A DNA stretch of 64,000 bases from Podarcis cretensis. Lineage: Eukaryota. The position numbers and the translations under genes were made by a program. Shown here in pieces: positions 28,101 through 40,780 of this stretch (positions within the stretch are counted from its first letter, which is position 1; the number at the start of each line of letters is the position of its first letter). Location of the stretch: the NCBI GenBank assembly GCA_951804945.1, contig OX638149.1, forward strand, positions 86,552,001-86,616,000, read 5' to 3'. Under the pieces are notes generated by a model. It did no database searches, was not told where the DNA came from, and saw only the letters and a list, made by a program, of their open reading frames with translations.

Positions 28101-31100
28101 GCATCTACGCTAAACTGCAAAACCCAGATTACTTTGAGGGAAGGCAGGGCAGTTAAACTAATATAAGGCTGCTGTACCCTAACTTCATCCATTTATTTCC
28201 TCAATACTGACAACCTTTAAAATTAAGAATATCTCCTGTTTTAGTGTCCAGCTCTGAAGTTTTACAAATTTTAATTTCTCTTTTGGTTAGTTTTTCCTCC
28301 TCTCCACTAGATCATAGGTGATTTTCAAGTTGTTTCTACTTTAAGTTCCTACTACAGCCTGTTCTAACCTGAAGCTGTTATATTTCAGTTGGGGAAGAGG
28401 TGACTGTTGTATTGTCTTATTTCTTTCCTCAGCCGGAACAGTCATGTTTGAATATGGAATGCGCCTTGGCAGAGAAGTCCGTACCCGCTCTGGACTGCAG
28501 AAGCAAGCAAACTGTTACCTTGCAGCTCTTAATTGTTTGCGGCTCATTCGCCCTGAATATGCATGGATAGTTCAGCCAGCTTCTGGTGCAGTGGTATGAA
28601 ACATCCCCTTTTTCAAGATTTGATCTCACTTTGATTATTAGCAGTCTCTTTTTCATGAAGACCTTGGCTGCTGTTTGCAAGTATGTTTAAGATGGCAGCA
28701 ACCTCTGTCACACTGCCTGGTTCACAGATCACATTAAATCATGTTTAACTCTAGTTTGACACAGATTTGCAATGTCCTCATACAGAAGTACTCAGAAATT
28801 CCTGCTTTGCTTCTCCCACACTCCTAGTCATTGTGCCCTGGGAGCAACAAAGTGAAAACTTTGACTTGTCATGTCATCCAAACCCAGGCCCATGATCTGA
28901 TTCTCCCAAAACCAGCCTTTCTCAGCCTTGGGTTCTCAGATGATGTTGAACTACAACTCCTATCATCTCTGACGAGCTAGCTAGGGATGTGAGTTGTGGA
29001 CCCACAACTGAGAAAGGCTGCTCTAAACAAACCACAAGCAGTAGCAATATATGTTCACTACAATGCAGCTTGTTCACATTAAACAGGTATTAAACATAAA
29101 TTGGTTTAACATAATGTGCAAACACAGCCAGTATGTCCACTGCTAATTCTTGTGCTGGCGTCCCAATAACAAATAATTAGAAATAAAGTAGCTTGTCTTG
29201 TACGGTGGAACCTTGGAAGCCGAACACCTGTAAACTCGAATGTTTGGCTCCCGAACAATCGAAAACCAGAAGTGATTGTTCTGGTTTTTGAATGATTTTG
29301 GAAATTGAACGTCCGGCATGGCTTCTGCAGCTTCTGATTGGCTGCAGGACGCTCCTGCACCCAATCAGAAGCCACGCCTTGGAAGTTGAACATTTTGGAA
29401 GTTGCACAGACTTCCAGAACGGATTCCGTTCAACTTCCAAGGTACATCTGCATTAGCATTTCATTGGATGCAGGCAAGTGGTTACACAGCTATTATAAAT
29501 ATTCATAGGGTTATATTCTATGTAGCATGCAACAAGATGTTCCATCAGCTCAAGGATTTCTCCTTGTGCAACTGAACTTAATCCCCCCATCGCCCTCCCC
29601 CACATGCCCCCTAGATCTGTTCTGAGGTTTCCCCAAACCTTCTAGAGCAGATATGGGGTCATGAAGAGAGGGGAATCACATTGCACTAGCACTAACCTTT
29701 GCACTAGCACAACTATTCTGCCCATAGTAATGTTCACTGAATAAAAATATGCAGAATAAGTAGATAATGCAAGTTTGCTTCCTTTGCTTAATTGATTCCG
29801 GCTACAGAATTTGCCATTTTCTTGCAAGTCAAACTGAGGATGTCACTTTGCATGTTTCTGCACTGAAATCTTGGGAAACATAGACAGAATCCTGGTGGTG
29901 CTTAAACACTAGTGAAGATGTTGTTGTAGAGACTGAAGATTTGTATTTCCAGTTGTTTAGAGTGCTTATCCTATCTCACACTAGTATGAACGTCCAGGAG
30001 CATCCCCCAAGAGAAGTCATGATGGAGAGTGTGCTGCTGCCCCAAGTGAGTCTTCTGCTGTTCCACTTTCTCAAATGCAGATAATTCCAAATGTCTACCC
30101 TTAAATTCTGATCAACCAGCTTAATTTTTCTGACTTACTTGCTTTCCAGCTTATGTTTGGGTAGTTTTGATTCATGTTTGCAGGGCATTTGCCTTTAGTC
30201 TTGTTCCTTCCTGTCCTCCCCTATCTCCCATACCCTCCCATATCTTGTCTACATATTTTTATCTGTGTTATGCTAGTTATCTGGGATGTCTCCTTGAGAT
30301 GTGAGAGTCTGGTGCATTGGTTTCTTACCCACATAGCTCAGTATTTTGAATTGATCGCAATAACTGTGCAGTAGACAGTGTTGTCTGAGCTGTTGTTGGG
30401 GGCAGAATAGGTATGAGCTATGAAAATACAACCACTATTCTGGAGGGCCAAAAGGGCACAAGAATGGCAAGTTAAGAAGACTTCTATATTTTCATTAGTG
30501 CTGAGGGGAACATTTTTCTCATCACTGCAGCACTACAGGAAGAAAGGATATGGGAATTTTACAGCCTATGATTTTAAAGGCATTTCTTTACACAGGAAGG
30601 CAGGGAAACATATGATAGTCTTTTGGGTCAGCCATGTGACCCTAGATTCCTCCTTCAGTTCGTTCCCTGTTTTCACCCTGGACTTAACCTTTTTCTTCCA
30701 GCTCTCTTCAGCCTCCTCCGGATGTACAGTGGTGCCTCGCAAGACGAAAAGAATCCGTTCTGCGAGTCTCTTCGTCTAGCGGTTTTTTCGTCTTGCGAAG
30801 CAAGCCCATTGACAGCTTAGCGAATTAGCGCTATTAGCGGCTTATCGGCTTAGCGGATAAGCGGCTTAGCAGCTTAGAAAAGGGGGGGGGGAGGGAAAAA
30901 ACCCCGCAGGAACTCGCAAGACATTTTCATCTTGCGAAGCAAGCCCATAGGAAATTCGTTTTGCGAAGCACCTCCAAAACGGAAAACTCTTTCGTCTAGC
31001 GAGTTTTCCGTCTTGCGAGGCATTCGTCTTGCGGGGCACCACTGTAACTCTTAACTTTGGATCTGTGTGCATTATTCTATTTCACAGCTGCCATTGGTGT

Positions 31101-34100
31101 TAGTTTTGGAATGCTTCAGCATCTGTCTTATACTTTCATCTAACATAATTAAAGGAAGAGCCTTGGGTCACATGGCTGGCCCAAAAGACTATCATATGTT
31201 TCATTGCCTACTAGGGTTATTGGTGGATATAATCCAGCATATTTGATGTCTTGCCCTAGTTAGAACATTCATGGTAAGGGCCCAACATTCCTATTTATGA
31301 TAATACCAAAGAAAATTCTGATGTCCTTGTTCAAATAGGAAATCAGGATAAATATAAATATTAATTTGCAGATGACTTCAATACATCCAGCTAATCAGCT
31401 GCCCCCTTATAAAGTTAATGATTAGTGGGAAACCTTTTATGTGTAAAAAGTTGGGGTTGACTAAAAGAAAGCTAGTATAGTAGCTGTTCATCACTCAAGA
31501 GCAGAATTTTGCCTTTTTATTGCCTGGTTTAACTTTGAATTCTCAATAGTAGACTCTTGAAGTTGCCACATTGTAAATAAATGATTATTTTGGTACAGCG
31601 GGAAGCCGGATTGAAATCTTGGAGCTGCAGGATTTGGAAAAGGAATGTGTGCTGGCTCGCATACGGCTAACTTTAGCACAACATGATTCAACAACAACTG
31701 CTATTACAGGTAAGCTCAGGAATTACGTTCATACTACTTGGCTTAATAACTGTACAGAGGGTGAGCAATTTAATCTCTGTGTGGGAGATCCGTAACCCAC
31801 AAGAAATGTATTTCCACATCCTCCCGTTGCTGTTTGTGAGATGTGGAATCCAGTCTTAATTTGTGAAACACTCACTACCGTTACTATGCTGCTGCTACAT
31901 TTGCAGCAAGAGGAGATTCTGCTAAATAGTGTTCTGTGATCTCATATCCACAGTAGGCATGGTCTACTCAATTATGAGAGAGAGGGTGTGTGGCTTTGCA
32001 TCTATAAGAACTGAATGCTGCAATTACTCTGTATACAAGCGTGGCAGATAGAGAGAGTTGTATTAAATAGAGCACTAATGTTAAAGTTCCATAAGTGCCC
32101 CTTAATCTGTTCTGTGGGTTCACTCAGCACCCCAGAGCGGATTTGGGGGTGGCAGCACACACGTGGGGGAGGAAAAGGGGAAATCCCCTTGTACTTGTGC
32201 TAATCCTTGTGCTAGTACAAAAACTTATTTGAATATCGCCCACTTATATACATATGTGTGCGGTTGAGATGATGTAATTCTGTTATGTTATCTACCTAGG
32301 AAACTCATCCCCCAAGGAGCTGGTAACCCTGTTGGTGCAGGCTGGTCGTTTTGACACTGCCATTTCTCTCTGCCAGACCTACAACTTTCCCTTAACACCT
32401 GTGTTTGAGGGACTTACTTTCAAGTATGTAACATATTATTGGACTTAAGTACATAATGTGAGTAGTGAAATATCTATTGATGTTTTGGAAAAAGTATATT
32501 TGGATTTGAAAGTACGTACTTTTAAAGTAAAATCATACACTCTTGCTTTAAAACTATGTCTAAGCCCGAGTAATATGAGAATGTGATATGAAGTGGGAGT
32601 GATTATGGCAGCAATGAGTCTAGAGCATTTGATGTATTCTTGCTCATAAGCTTACATTTTGCCTTGGCCAACTCTCATTTGAGAGTCTCAAATATCCTTG
32701 GAACAAATTGCTGGGTAATCAAGCCCTGAAACTATTACCAATACACGTTTTCACTTTCACTTAAGCTTCTGTGCTTGGTTTGTACAACCTCTCAATCATT
32801 TCCTGTTCTGTTGATGTTACCATTTTCATAGGTATCAGTCTGATTTCAACTACCTTGGTAGCAACTAAACCAGTGACACTTGTGCTGGCGGCTAAAATTG
32901 TGGCAGGATGTTTTAAAGATGGGTGACAGTCACTGATACAGTCCTGAATAAGCAAAGATGTTCCATGAATAGTAGAAGCATTCAGTAAGCTCACTGATCT
33001 CCTTATCAAGCACAGCCAGGTGCATATGTAGGGTTCTAGAGCACAGCCATTACTTCAGCATCTGTAACTGAAGCAAAGAGCAATTATATGATGGAATGTT
33101 TGGAAAAGTTCAATTTCCTGCTCAGGTGAACTTGATTGTTTCTCAGCCAGAGAATCTAATAAAGTTGTTAGAACAAAGCAGGGATAACTCCATATGGGGT
33201 GGGTGGGAAGAATTCAACCGGTTTTTTAAAAAATAAATAAAAAGGGTTAGAATTACTATTGTACATACAGTATCTGAATGTACCTGGTTATTTGTATTCC
33301 AGATGTATTAAACTCCAGTTTGGAGGGGAAACAGCATTAACAGAAGCATGGGATTGGCTAGCTGCAAATCAGTTGTCATCAGTCATCACAACCAAGGAGA
33401 CCAGGTACTGTGATATATTTTGCAGGAAAAGAAAGCAAGTACTTTGTGGTCCAAGAAATCTGCATGGAAATAAATATTTCTTGCTAATAAAATACCAGAA
33501 ATTGCACTTCAGGATTGTGGTTGTCCTGCTTCATTTAGTCTTCAACAAACCATCTTGAAGCAGCAGTAGTAAAGTGTTCATTCATGCTTTCTTTTTTGCT
33601 TTGTATATTTTGAAGGATGGTTTAAGTGCAAATGTTAAGGACATCCTGTAGTGGCTCTTGTACTTCAGATAAAACCACATGGCAACACTTTCTAGGGGTC
33701 CAGAAACTTTGGCTTAACTGAATTAAGAACAGAAGAAAACAAGATCACATATAAAAAGTTGAGCAAGAAATTGTGGAAAGGGGATGTGTAGACTCCCCTG
33801 TGAACCATCAAAAGATTCAGGAATGGAGATTTTCACTGGCAGACAGAAACATGCATGTATCCATCCATCTGTTAATGGTATTCCAATTGTGTTGCAGTGC
33901 AACAGATGAAGCATGGCGTCTTTTGTCCTCCTACCTGGACAGATATAAGTCTCAGAACTGTTCATACCATCGCTGTGTAATCAACAAGTTGCTGTCTCAT
34001 GGAGTGCCCTTGCCTAACTGGCTTATCAACAGTTACAAAGTAAATACCTGATCTGTGCACAATTAAGCTGGTGTTCAGTGGAGGATAAATGTACAATGCT

Positions 34101-36816
34101 GGCTCATTACTTCCCTGTTGACTGCTTTAAAAGTGTGATAACTGAGTTTCAGTGACACTTGTTTGTAGCTTGAGTAATTGTCAAATAATAGTAATTCAGG
34201 AGCTAAAATCTGCACTGTGGTGAGTAAATTGCATGTTCTTAATGTTGTAAATGGACGCAGGTGGCGCTGTGGTCTAAACCACTGAGCCTGGGCTTGCCGA
34301 TCAGAACGTTGGTGGTTCAAACCCCGCGACAGGGTGAGCTCCCGTTGCGAAGTCCCAGCTCCTGCCAATCTAGCAGTTCAAAAGCACGCCAAAAAGTGCA
34401 AGTAGATAAATAGGTACCGCTCCAGCGGGAAGATAAACAGCATTTCCGTGCACTGCTCTGGTTTTGGTGTTTTGTTGCGCCAGAAGTGGCTTAGTCATGC
34501 TGGCCACATGACCTGGAAAAACTCTGCAGACAAATGCTGGCTCCCTTGACCTGTAAAGCAAGATGAGCGCTGCAACCCTAGAGTGGTCTGCGACTGGACT
34601 TAACTGTCAGGGGTCCTTTACCTTTACTTTTTTAATGTTGTAAATGAAATGGGAACTTTGATGTTACAACTTGTGACTTTTGCATTTTACCTTATTTTTA
34701 TTTTATAGCATTTTACTTTATTGTACACTGCTTTGATGCCCACAAGGCTGTGAAGTGGTTTATGAATTTGTATAATAAAATAAATATCAACCAAACATTT
34801 CAGATGATAACAAAAGCCTCTGAGAGATCTGGCAGAACCAACAGCAACACGCCCTGTCTGGTGTAGGTCATCCACCATGGTACCCAAAGTCATTTCAACC
34901 CCAGTAAACAATTTGGATTTTTCATTTTAAGCCTTTGTTAAATAAAGGAAATAATTTGCAAATGTTTAAGGGGGTAGAAATGGAAGCAACACAGGGATCT
35001 GAAAGACAGGGAAGCAAGCTAGCCATGGCCTTGACTGCAAGAAATAAAAGAGTTGTGCTTCTCCAGAACAAATCAGTCCAGAATTTTACAAGAATTTCTG
35101 CAATGGGTTATTTTTCAGGATGTGTCTTGTGTTGGGTTCTTATAAATCTCACCAGTAATGAGGGCTACCTGTCATCCACTAAGCTTCTTAAATATAAAAA
35201 GACTTTCCAGTAAGTGTCTGCTCAGTTTCATTTGTTTCTCTACAGATGGTAGATGCTGCTGAACTTCTCCGCCTCTATTTGAACTATGACCTCTTGGAAG
35301 AAGCTGTGGATTTGGTGCTGGAATATGTGGATGCCTTACTTGGGAAAGGACCTCATTACTTTGGCATTGAGGTACAATTGGGTATTCAGTTCATTCCACC
35401 ATATATATTTTTTACAAATGAGAAAAAGTGATGGAATGCACCTAGCTTGAAGAATTATGGAAAAACTAAGAAAAAAACAGACAAGGAGTTCTCCTGGATG
35501 ACCATGTTGCAGCCTAGAGACCTGGCCAAAGTGACTCATGCCCTAGTTTACATTTTTTGCACTTGGGATGTTTCTCATTCAGCTAATGTCTCATTCAGCT
35601 ATATTAAAGGTTTTATTTTCTTTTTAGTTCCCATTATCAGCTACAACTCCAATGGTTTGGCTTCCATATTCTGCAATTGACCAGCTTCTTCAAGTGCTAG
35701 GAGAAAATGCAACCAATCACCATAACACAGTGGTAAGTATGTCTGATGGAAAATAGAAATCAATGTGTCCAGTGCTATGGATTGTCATATCTTACTGTAT
35801 CACTTTGAATGTATGTAACCTGGTTATGTTCACAAGGTGCTTTCAGCTGTGTGCTTGACCATATGCCTTTTGATCCTTGGCTTATTAAATATAACCCAGG
35901 GGGGTTGGGCGACAGATTAGGTCCAGGGTGTGACTTCATGGTGTAATGGATGGTCCCTGCCATCATGAAAATGCTGTGGTGTGGATACTTCTCAAGAAAC
36001 CAGGCCTGGACCCATTGCTTTGCCTAGCTACCAAGCAGCTGCAAATGCACTCTTCTTAGAAAATGTGGTGGATAAGGTTAAAGTGGGGCAACTACAAGCT
36101 TTCTTGATACTGAATGTGTTTGATATTAATATATAGGATATGATTACAAATACTGTGCTTTGGTCAAGAGGCATATGAAGATTATTGTTGAACCAGAATG
36201 TGGTAAAATGTTTTCATATATAAATCAATTATATCTGTCTCCATGCCATTTTGGTTACTGATTATTACAACAGTTTGTACACTCAGTCTCCTGAAAAAGG
36301 TATAAGAACCAGCATAGAGAAATGTCTATCCTCCAGCAAATTAAGTTTCACTTGGGAAAATGCAAAATACTATAATAAAACTTACCTGCTGCAAGTCCTC
36401 CCTCCCCCCGCCCCAGTTTCATGACTAAGGGAGTTTATAAAGCTTATGTGTATATCATGAGCTGGACCTCAATTCCATCTGCTGCCCTAATGCTTTCTGA
36501 AGGGAAGGGGTTGAAACCTGAACTATGTAACCAACTGCTGGGCGTCAGAAAATACTGCAGGAATCTTTAGCATTTTCTGTTGAAATTAAATTGTTATCAG
36601 CTGCTTTGGGAGTCAGTACAGGCTGCAAAATTTGGTATAAGGCAATAAAGGGCAGTTGTATCTCTTGCATGCTCAATCCCTCAACTATACCTATTAACAG
36701 AAAATGATTGTACTTCTGTTCCTTTCCAGCTATATCAGAAGGTGCATGACAAATTAGAGGTCTACCAAAACCAGGTTGATAAGGCAACTCGGGATCTTCT
36801 GTATCGTCGGAACTAG
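9944..36816 (+). CDS. NUP160: Nuclear pore complex protein Nup160 (Y-complex/Nup107-160 subunit), 36 coding exons, 1401 aa
   Basis: Exons: 9944-10046, 10185-10293, 11584-11794, 12777-12999, 13377-13461, 14518-14632, 14943-15101, 16002-16079, 16467-16564, 17481-17565, 18304-18372, 18640-18723, 19069-19239, 19721-19820, 20681-20846, 21631-21758, 21870-22030, 22684-22814, 22988-23058, 23674-23830, 24702-24771, 25613-25711, 26303-26422, 26540-26635, 26752-26846, 27124-27220, 27302-27407, 28433-28593, 29985-30045, 31599-31709, 32300-32423, 33303-33404, 33898-34039, 35246-35371, 35628-35732, 36730-36816. Total 4206 nt with consistent phases. Translation MAAAVGLPERGYLELVGAER...TRNRFIHW...LELVEESLDINLLNN...VDAAELLRLYLNYDLLEEAVDLV...KATRDLLYRRN* is colinear with vertebrate NUP160 as I recall it. 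Confidence 0.97.
12390..12590 (+). mobile_element. tRNA-derived SINE with CR1-type tail
   Basis: Degenerate tRNA-like head and tail GTCTGACATGGTATAAGGCAGCTTCCTATGTTCCT. Confidence 0.55.
13462..14517 (+). other. Non-canonical GC-AG intron (NUP160 intron 5)
   Basis: Donor ATC AG|GCTAGT and acceptor TTTCCAG|A GGA GAC. This join restores TAIR-GDQ in frame. Confidence 0.8.
17840..17903. repeat. Compound (CT)n(GT)n microsatellite
   Basis: Directly visible. Confidence 0.95.
20528..20665. other. Assembly gap (138 N) in NUP160 intron 14
   Basis: Run of N. Exon phases on either side are compatible, so no coding exon appears to be missing. Confidence 0.99.
23831..24701 (+). other. U12-type (minor spliceosome) GT-AG intron (NUP160 intron 20)
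   Basis: 5' splice site |GTATCCTT; branch-site-like TTCCTTAT at 24683-24690, about 11 nt before the AG; no long pyrimidine tract. The join restores LQFL-WPSNP. Confidence 0.9.
24505..24650 (+). mobile_element. CR1 LINE ORF2 fragment inside the U12 intron
   Basis: Degenerate translation TKMIKGVE*LP*EERLRCLGLFS*KR...DMIEVHKI matches the CR1 C-terminal motif ATKMIKGLE..YEERL..LGLFSLEKRRLRGDMIEVYKI. Confidence 0.75.
25135..25175. repeat. (AAT)n microsatellite
   Basis: Directly visible. Confidence 0.95.
27559..27834. mobile_element. Non-autonomous hAT transposon (MITE), 276 bp
   Basis: TIRs CAGGGGTTGGCAA / TTGCAAACCCCTG; perfect 8-bp TSD TGCTAGAG at 27551-27558 and 27835-27842. Confidence 0.92.
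28913..29020. mobile_element. Short hAT-like MITE (ACTACAACTCC family)
   Basis: Perfect 13-bp terminal inverted repeat CAGCCTTTCTCAG / CTGAGAAAGGCTG. Confidence 0.7.
29203..29450. mobile_element. Tc1/mariner (Tigger/pogo-like) MITE
   Basis: TA|CGGTGGAACCTTGGAAGCCGAAC ... GTTCAACTTCCAAGGTACATCTG imperfect TIRs; internal palindrome GCTTCTGATTGG...CCAATCAGAAGC. Confidence 0.75.
30727..31044. mobile_element. Tc1/mariner (Tigger/pogo-like) MITE, 318 bp, young
   Basis: TA TSDs; 22-bp TIR CAGTGGTGCC(T/C)CGCAAGACGAA; CpG-rich; internal (GCGGCTTA)-like tandem repeats. Confidence 0.92.
34253..34631 (+). mobile_element. Sauria SINE, full length
   Basis: tRNA-like head GGACGCAGGTGGCGCTGTGGTCTAAACC...GGTTCAAACCC, tail CCTTTACCTTTAC, TSD TTAATGTTGTAAAT(G) at 34239-34253 and 34632-34646. 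Confidence 0.95.
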
Positions 36817-37061
36817 CAGATGGACCTGGATTGTGTGACTTTACTTAATCACCTTGTGCCTGGTGGCCCTTCAGGCAAAGCTACAAAGAAAGACTGTGCT
36901 AATGTGCATAACTGGCATGAAGTATGTGTGAAGCATTTGCTTTGCATGGATTAGCTGGAGTCATAGGGAACCCTGTGCGCTGCTGGTGGTGCTATTATTA
37001 CAAATTCTATTTTTTCACAATGAACCAAACATTCCCTACCAGGGAATGATAGACTTTTTAA

Positions 37062-37267
37062 AATAAATATGTTGGGGACGCTGAATTACATTTAAGCTTT
37101 TAAGCCTGTGCCGAACTGGGTGCTAATCATTTCCAGCAATGAAACCCTGGGTTGTACATTGCATGTTCCTACCATCTTTCTACTGAATTATTCCTTATAC
37201 TGTACTATATATGGGAGCTAATGTTGGTCTTATTTATTGTGACAGTTTTTGAATTATCTTTAATAAA
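37062..37267 (+). terminator. Candidate NUP160 polyadenylation signals
   Basis: AATAAA at 37062-37067 and 37262-37267 downstream of the stop codon. Confidence 0.5.
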
Positions 37268-38142
37268 ATGAAATCTTTGTTTAAAAATCCAGAGTTGTTT
37301 TTGACAATAGCTTATTGCAGTGCATCTTCCCATAGGGAAAGATGTTTTTTGAAGGAGACAAATAGAAAGTGTGATCTGATATTTCCATTGAAGGAGGAAA
37401 TGGGAACAGATAATGATCAGTTATTTACTAGTTCTCATTCGACGTTTCTATTCCTGACTGTACTGACAATTTTGTTCCAGTGGAAAATTTACTGAAGTAA
37501 TGTCAATGCTTCATAATTGTGCAATATTTCTTTTGCAACTTTGAGTGTAAATGACATCATCAACAACACAAAAACTAAGTGCTAGCATTATCTGAGTTTC
37601 GAATGGTAAGATGCCATTTTATTGATGGTTGGTATGGGTTATGACCATATTCTCTCAAGTGACATTGAGACCAGTGTCCTGATCTGCAGGCCCAAAGGAG
37701 TGCCTGTGCGAGCGGATTGATGCAGGGATACCAAAGGAGGATGTAAAAAATGTGAAAATGGCCACTTCCAGTGCTTTATTAAAGAAAAGTGATCTTGCAT
37801 CACAGCCAGCAGAGCCCTGCTGCTTTTACAGACTCTGAATGGGCACCAAGCAGTTGTCATGACTTGTTTGCAAGGCGCTAATATGTTAAGAATTACATAT
37901 ACACATACTTTTTGGAGAGGCGAACCATTGCTGGAGCTGCCTTGTCAATATGCTTGTCCAGCTCAGAAAACAAACAAAGCAGTTAGACCCCTGCGCAACT
38001 GAGATAGCGTTTGAGCATAGATGTGGGCCTGATTTTCTAGCTGGTTTCTTACCAGTAAAAACTAGAATGGAATACGAAGTGTATAACATGAAGAACTGTT
38101 TTCAGACCAAGGGCTACATTACCCTGGGGCAAAGCTGTAGAG

Positions 38143-38258
38143 CAGGGGTGGATTACCTGTGCTCAGCTACACCTCCCATCAGCCCTAGCCAGTATACCTG
38201 AGGGACAGAGATGATGAGAGCTCAGCAACATCTGGAGGGCACAAGGTTAACCACCCTG
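38143..38258. mobile_element. Short hAT-like MITE
   Basis: CAGGGGTGG...CCACCCTG ends; degenerate TSD CTGTAGAG / CTATAGAA; core GCTACACCTCCCATCAGCCC. Confidence 0.65.
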
Positions 38259-39489
38259 CTATAGAATGCCATGCTGCAGTAGTGGGTGAGGCTTGACACA
38301 ATCACATCCTTATCACAGAGCTATTTTCCATGGAAATAAAATATGTGTATTTAGGTCAATCACTCTGAAGTATCACCTTCCATTTTCTCCAAACGCTTTT
38401 TTAAAAAGTTTGTTACTTAAATAAAGTTTTTCCTTTATCTGTTCTGTTAATTGTGTAGCAATCCCAGCAAAAGAATGCATATGTCAATGCATAGTCTCAA
38501 ACATCTAAATGCAATTGTATTTTTATCCTGAAAAGTAGCTAATTTTTACAAATGCAAACAGACGATGGCAATATCACTGAGCGCTGTAGAGGCTTAAGAG
38601 TTGGGCTGTGTTGCCTAGGTTCAACCCTCACCTCTCTCAAAAAAACCATGAGGCTCATTGGGTGACCTGGGGCAGTCACTACTTCAATGAGAGGACAAAA
38701 TGAGAGTGGTGGCATCCTCTATGCCGTCCTATGCTACTTGGAGAAAAGGAAGAATATAAATCGGAGTGGGAAGGAACCTCTAGGCATCCAAACGTTGGGC
38801 TCCACCTCCCATCAGTCCCACCCTGTGTAAGTGACAGCCTCGGTAATAATATCCCAACATCTCCAGGTCCCATTGCTGACACTCAAGTATATATATTTCA
38901 AAGGGGTGATTCCTGTCCTGTTTTGAATCGCCATTGCCCATACCCTCTTGTTGTGCACTCAATTTCGCTCAATCTTGCATGTGACGAACCCTGAAAATGA
39001 AGTTCTAACTCTTTTTGACTGTTAAGCAACGTCCGGGGCTGTCACATGTTTTGTTGTTGTTGTTTTTTGCTTTATTAACAATCTCTTATATGACACATTT
39101 CATGTAGCCTATCTTGTATAACATATACATATACATATGTATTGTACATCTTCTTGAGTAAACATATATATAATCCGTGTAAGAAAAAACCATATACAAG
39201 TATTTTGTTTACTTACATAAATTAAATTGATTTGTATTTTTACTATCTTTTGTTGTCATATTTATTTATTAACATGAATTAAAGAAAGAAAAAACCAGAA
39301 AAAAAGAAAAAGGTGTAGTTGGACCTCCTATCCTAGCCGTATTCTATAATGAATATACAGTATCTATCATTATTGAGTTATTCTTTATATTCCTTCTACA
39401 TTCTTACAACAGTTAGTACCTTTTGTCGCTAAGTCACATTATACGTCCCATGAGGAGTGGGTGCATCCGGGGCTGCCTTGCAAGTTGCT

Positions 39490-40084
39490 GCTTTGGCGAT
39501 CACTCGTAGCCAAGTAAGGTTGTCTTCCATAAACACAGTTTTAACAATGAGTCCGTAAGTGACTGTGGAGGCCAATTTTGGACCCACACATCCTTCCACA
39601 GTGGGGACATTGGTTTCCGGGCGGGAGTTGATCACGGTGTGGATTTGCCAAGCCTGCCTTCCTCTTAGCACGTTTCTCCCTTGTGTCCTGAGTTCGAGTG
39701 TCTTCAAAGCTCATGACACCTTTGGTAAAGGCTGTTCTCCAACTGGAGCGCTCGCAGGCAAGTGTTTCCCAATTGTTGGTGTTTATACTACATTTTTAAA
39801 TATTTCTCTTATGACAGCCTTCCAACCTCTTTTGTTGACCACCAGCATTACGCTTTCCATTTTTAAGTTCGGATTAGAGTCATAGCTGTCAACCTTTCCT
39901 TTTTTTTTGCGGGAAATTCCCTTATTCCAGAGTCGTTTCCCGCTGCTATCCCGGATTGTTAGATATCCCGTAGACTGTCCCCGGGACAGGTGAGGCTGCT
40001 GATCCCTTATTTTCGAGGCTGCTGATCCCTTATTTTCAAATCTGAACGTTGACAGCTATGATTAGAGTAGTTGCTTTGGAAGAA
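39490..40084 (-). mobile_element. RTE-clade LINE 3' fragment with C-terminal C2H2 zinc finger, interrupted by a hAT MITE
   Basis: Minus-strand translation LPKQLL*SELKNGKRNAGGQQKR...NWETLACERSSWR...NQCPHCGRMCGSKIGLHSHLRTHC*, stop at 39543-39541. Confidence 0.85.
39881..40060. mobile_element. hAT MITE, 180 bp
   Basis: Perfect 13-bp TIR CATAGCTGTCAAC / GTTGACAGCTATG; perfect 8-bp TSD ATTAGAGT at 39873-39880 and 40061-40068; internal 23-bp tandem duplication. Confidence 0.95.
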
Positions 40085-40780
40085 GGATGCGCTAAGAAAT
40101 GTCTCAACGGCGAGGTTCGCGCGCCTGCCCTCGCTCGGGGCGCTTGTCAGGGAAACCGGCGCCGCGCCTGGCAGGCGGGTCGGCGCTGGGCGCAGGCCCC
40201 GCCCCGGCATCCCGACACCCTTTGCGCCCCGCCCCACCCTCGGCGGACAGGCAGGCCCAGGCGCCGCTCGCTTCTCTCCGCCTCGTCCGGCCTCTTCCCT
40301 CTGCCTTCTCCGGCGGCGTCTCCTTCGCGCGGGCGGAGTGAGGCTCGGAGCAGCTCCCATGGGGAAGAAGTCGCGGCCGGCGCCAGCGGGGCGCAGGCCT
40401 ATCCTCCAGCTGTCGCCGCCTGGACCTCGCGGAGGCCGGGAAGAAGCGGCACCGGGCGAGGGGGACTCGGCGTCGGAAGCGGGTGAGGGCGCGGGCAGGC
40501 AGGCCGCGCGGCCTAGGCGCTTGGCGGGGGGCTTCGTGTCCCTTCGGGGATTCTGCTGAAAGAGTTACCTGGTCTTGTGACGCTCAATGAGGCGCTTCCC
40601 CACCGCGAGAGCACGGGGTTTTTTTTGGGGGGGGGGCGTTTAAGGGTTTGTTTATAAGGCCGCCTCTCAGCCCCCCTCCCACCCCCGGCGCCTTCGCCGC
40701 AGTAGTTTGGCCCCTGTGGTTGATCGTGTCACCCGGGTGGGTCCGGCTTCTGGCCCCGTTCCTTGCACTGGCGCATCGTT
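40085..40780 (+). promoter_or_regulatory. FNBP4 CpG-island promoter
   Basis: CpG-dense region spanning exon 1, with GC boxes (CCCCGCCCC) at about 40197 and 40227. Confidence 0.8.

Noticed and set aside
30810-30880. Short regularly spaced (GCGGCTTA)-like repeats
   Set aside because: Internal tandem repeat of a MITE with no unique spacers; not CRISPR-like, and the DNA is eukaryotic.
34253-34330. tRNA-like A/B boxes
   Set aside because: This is the SINE head, not a tRNA gene; no complete cloverleaf.
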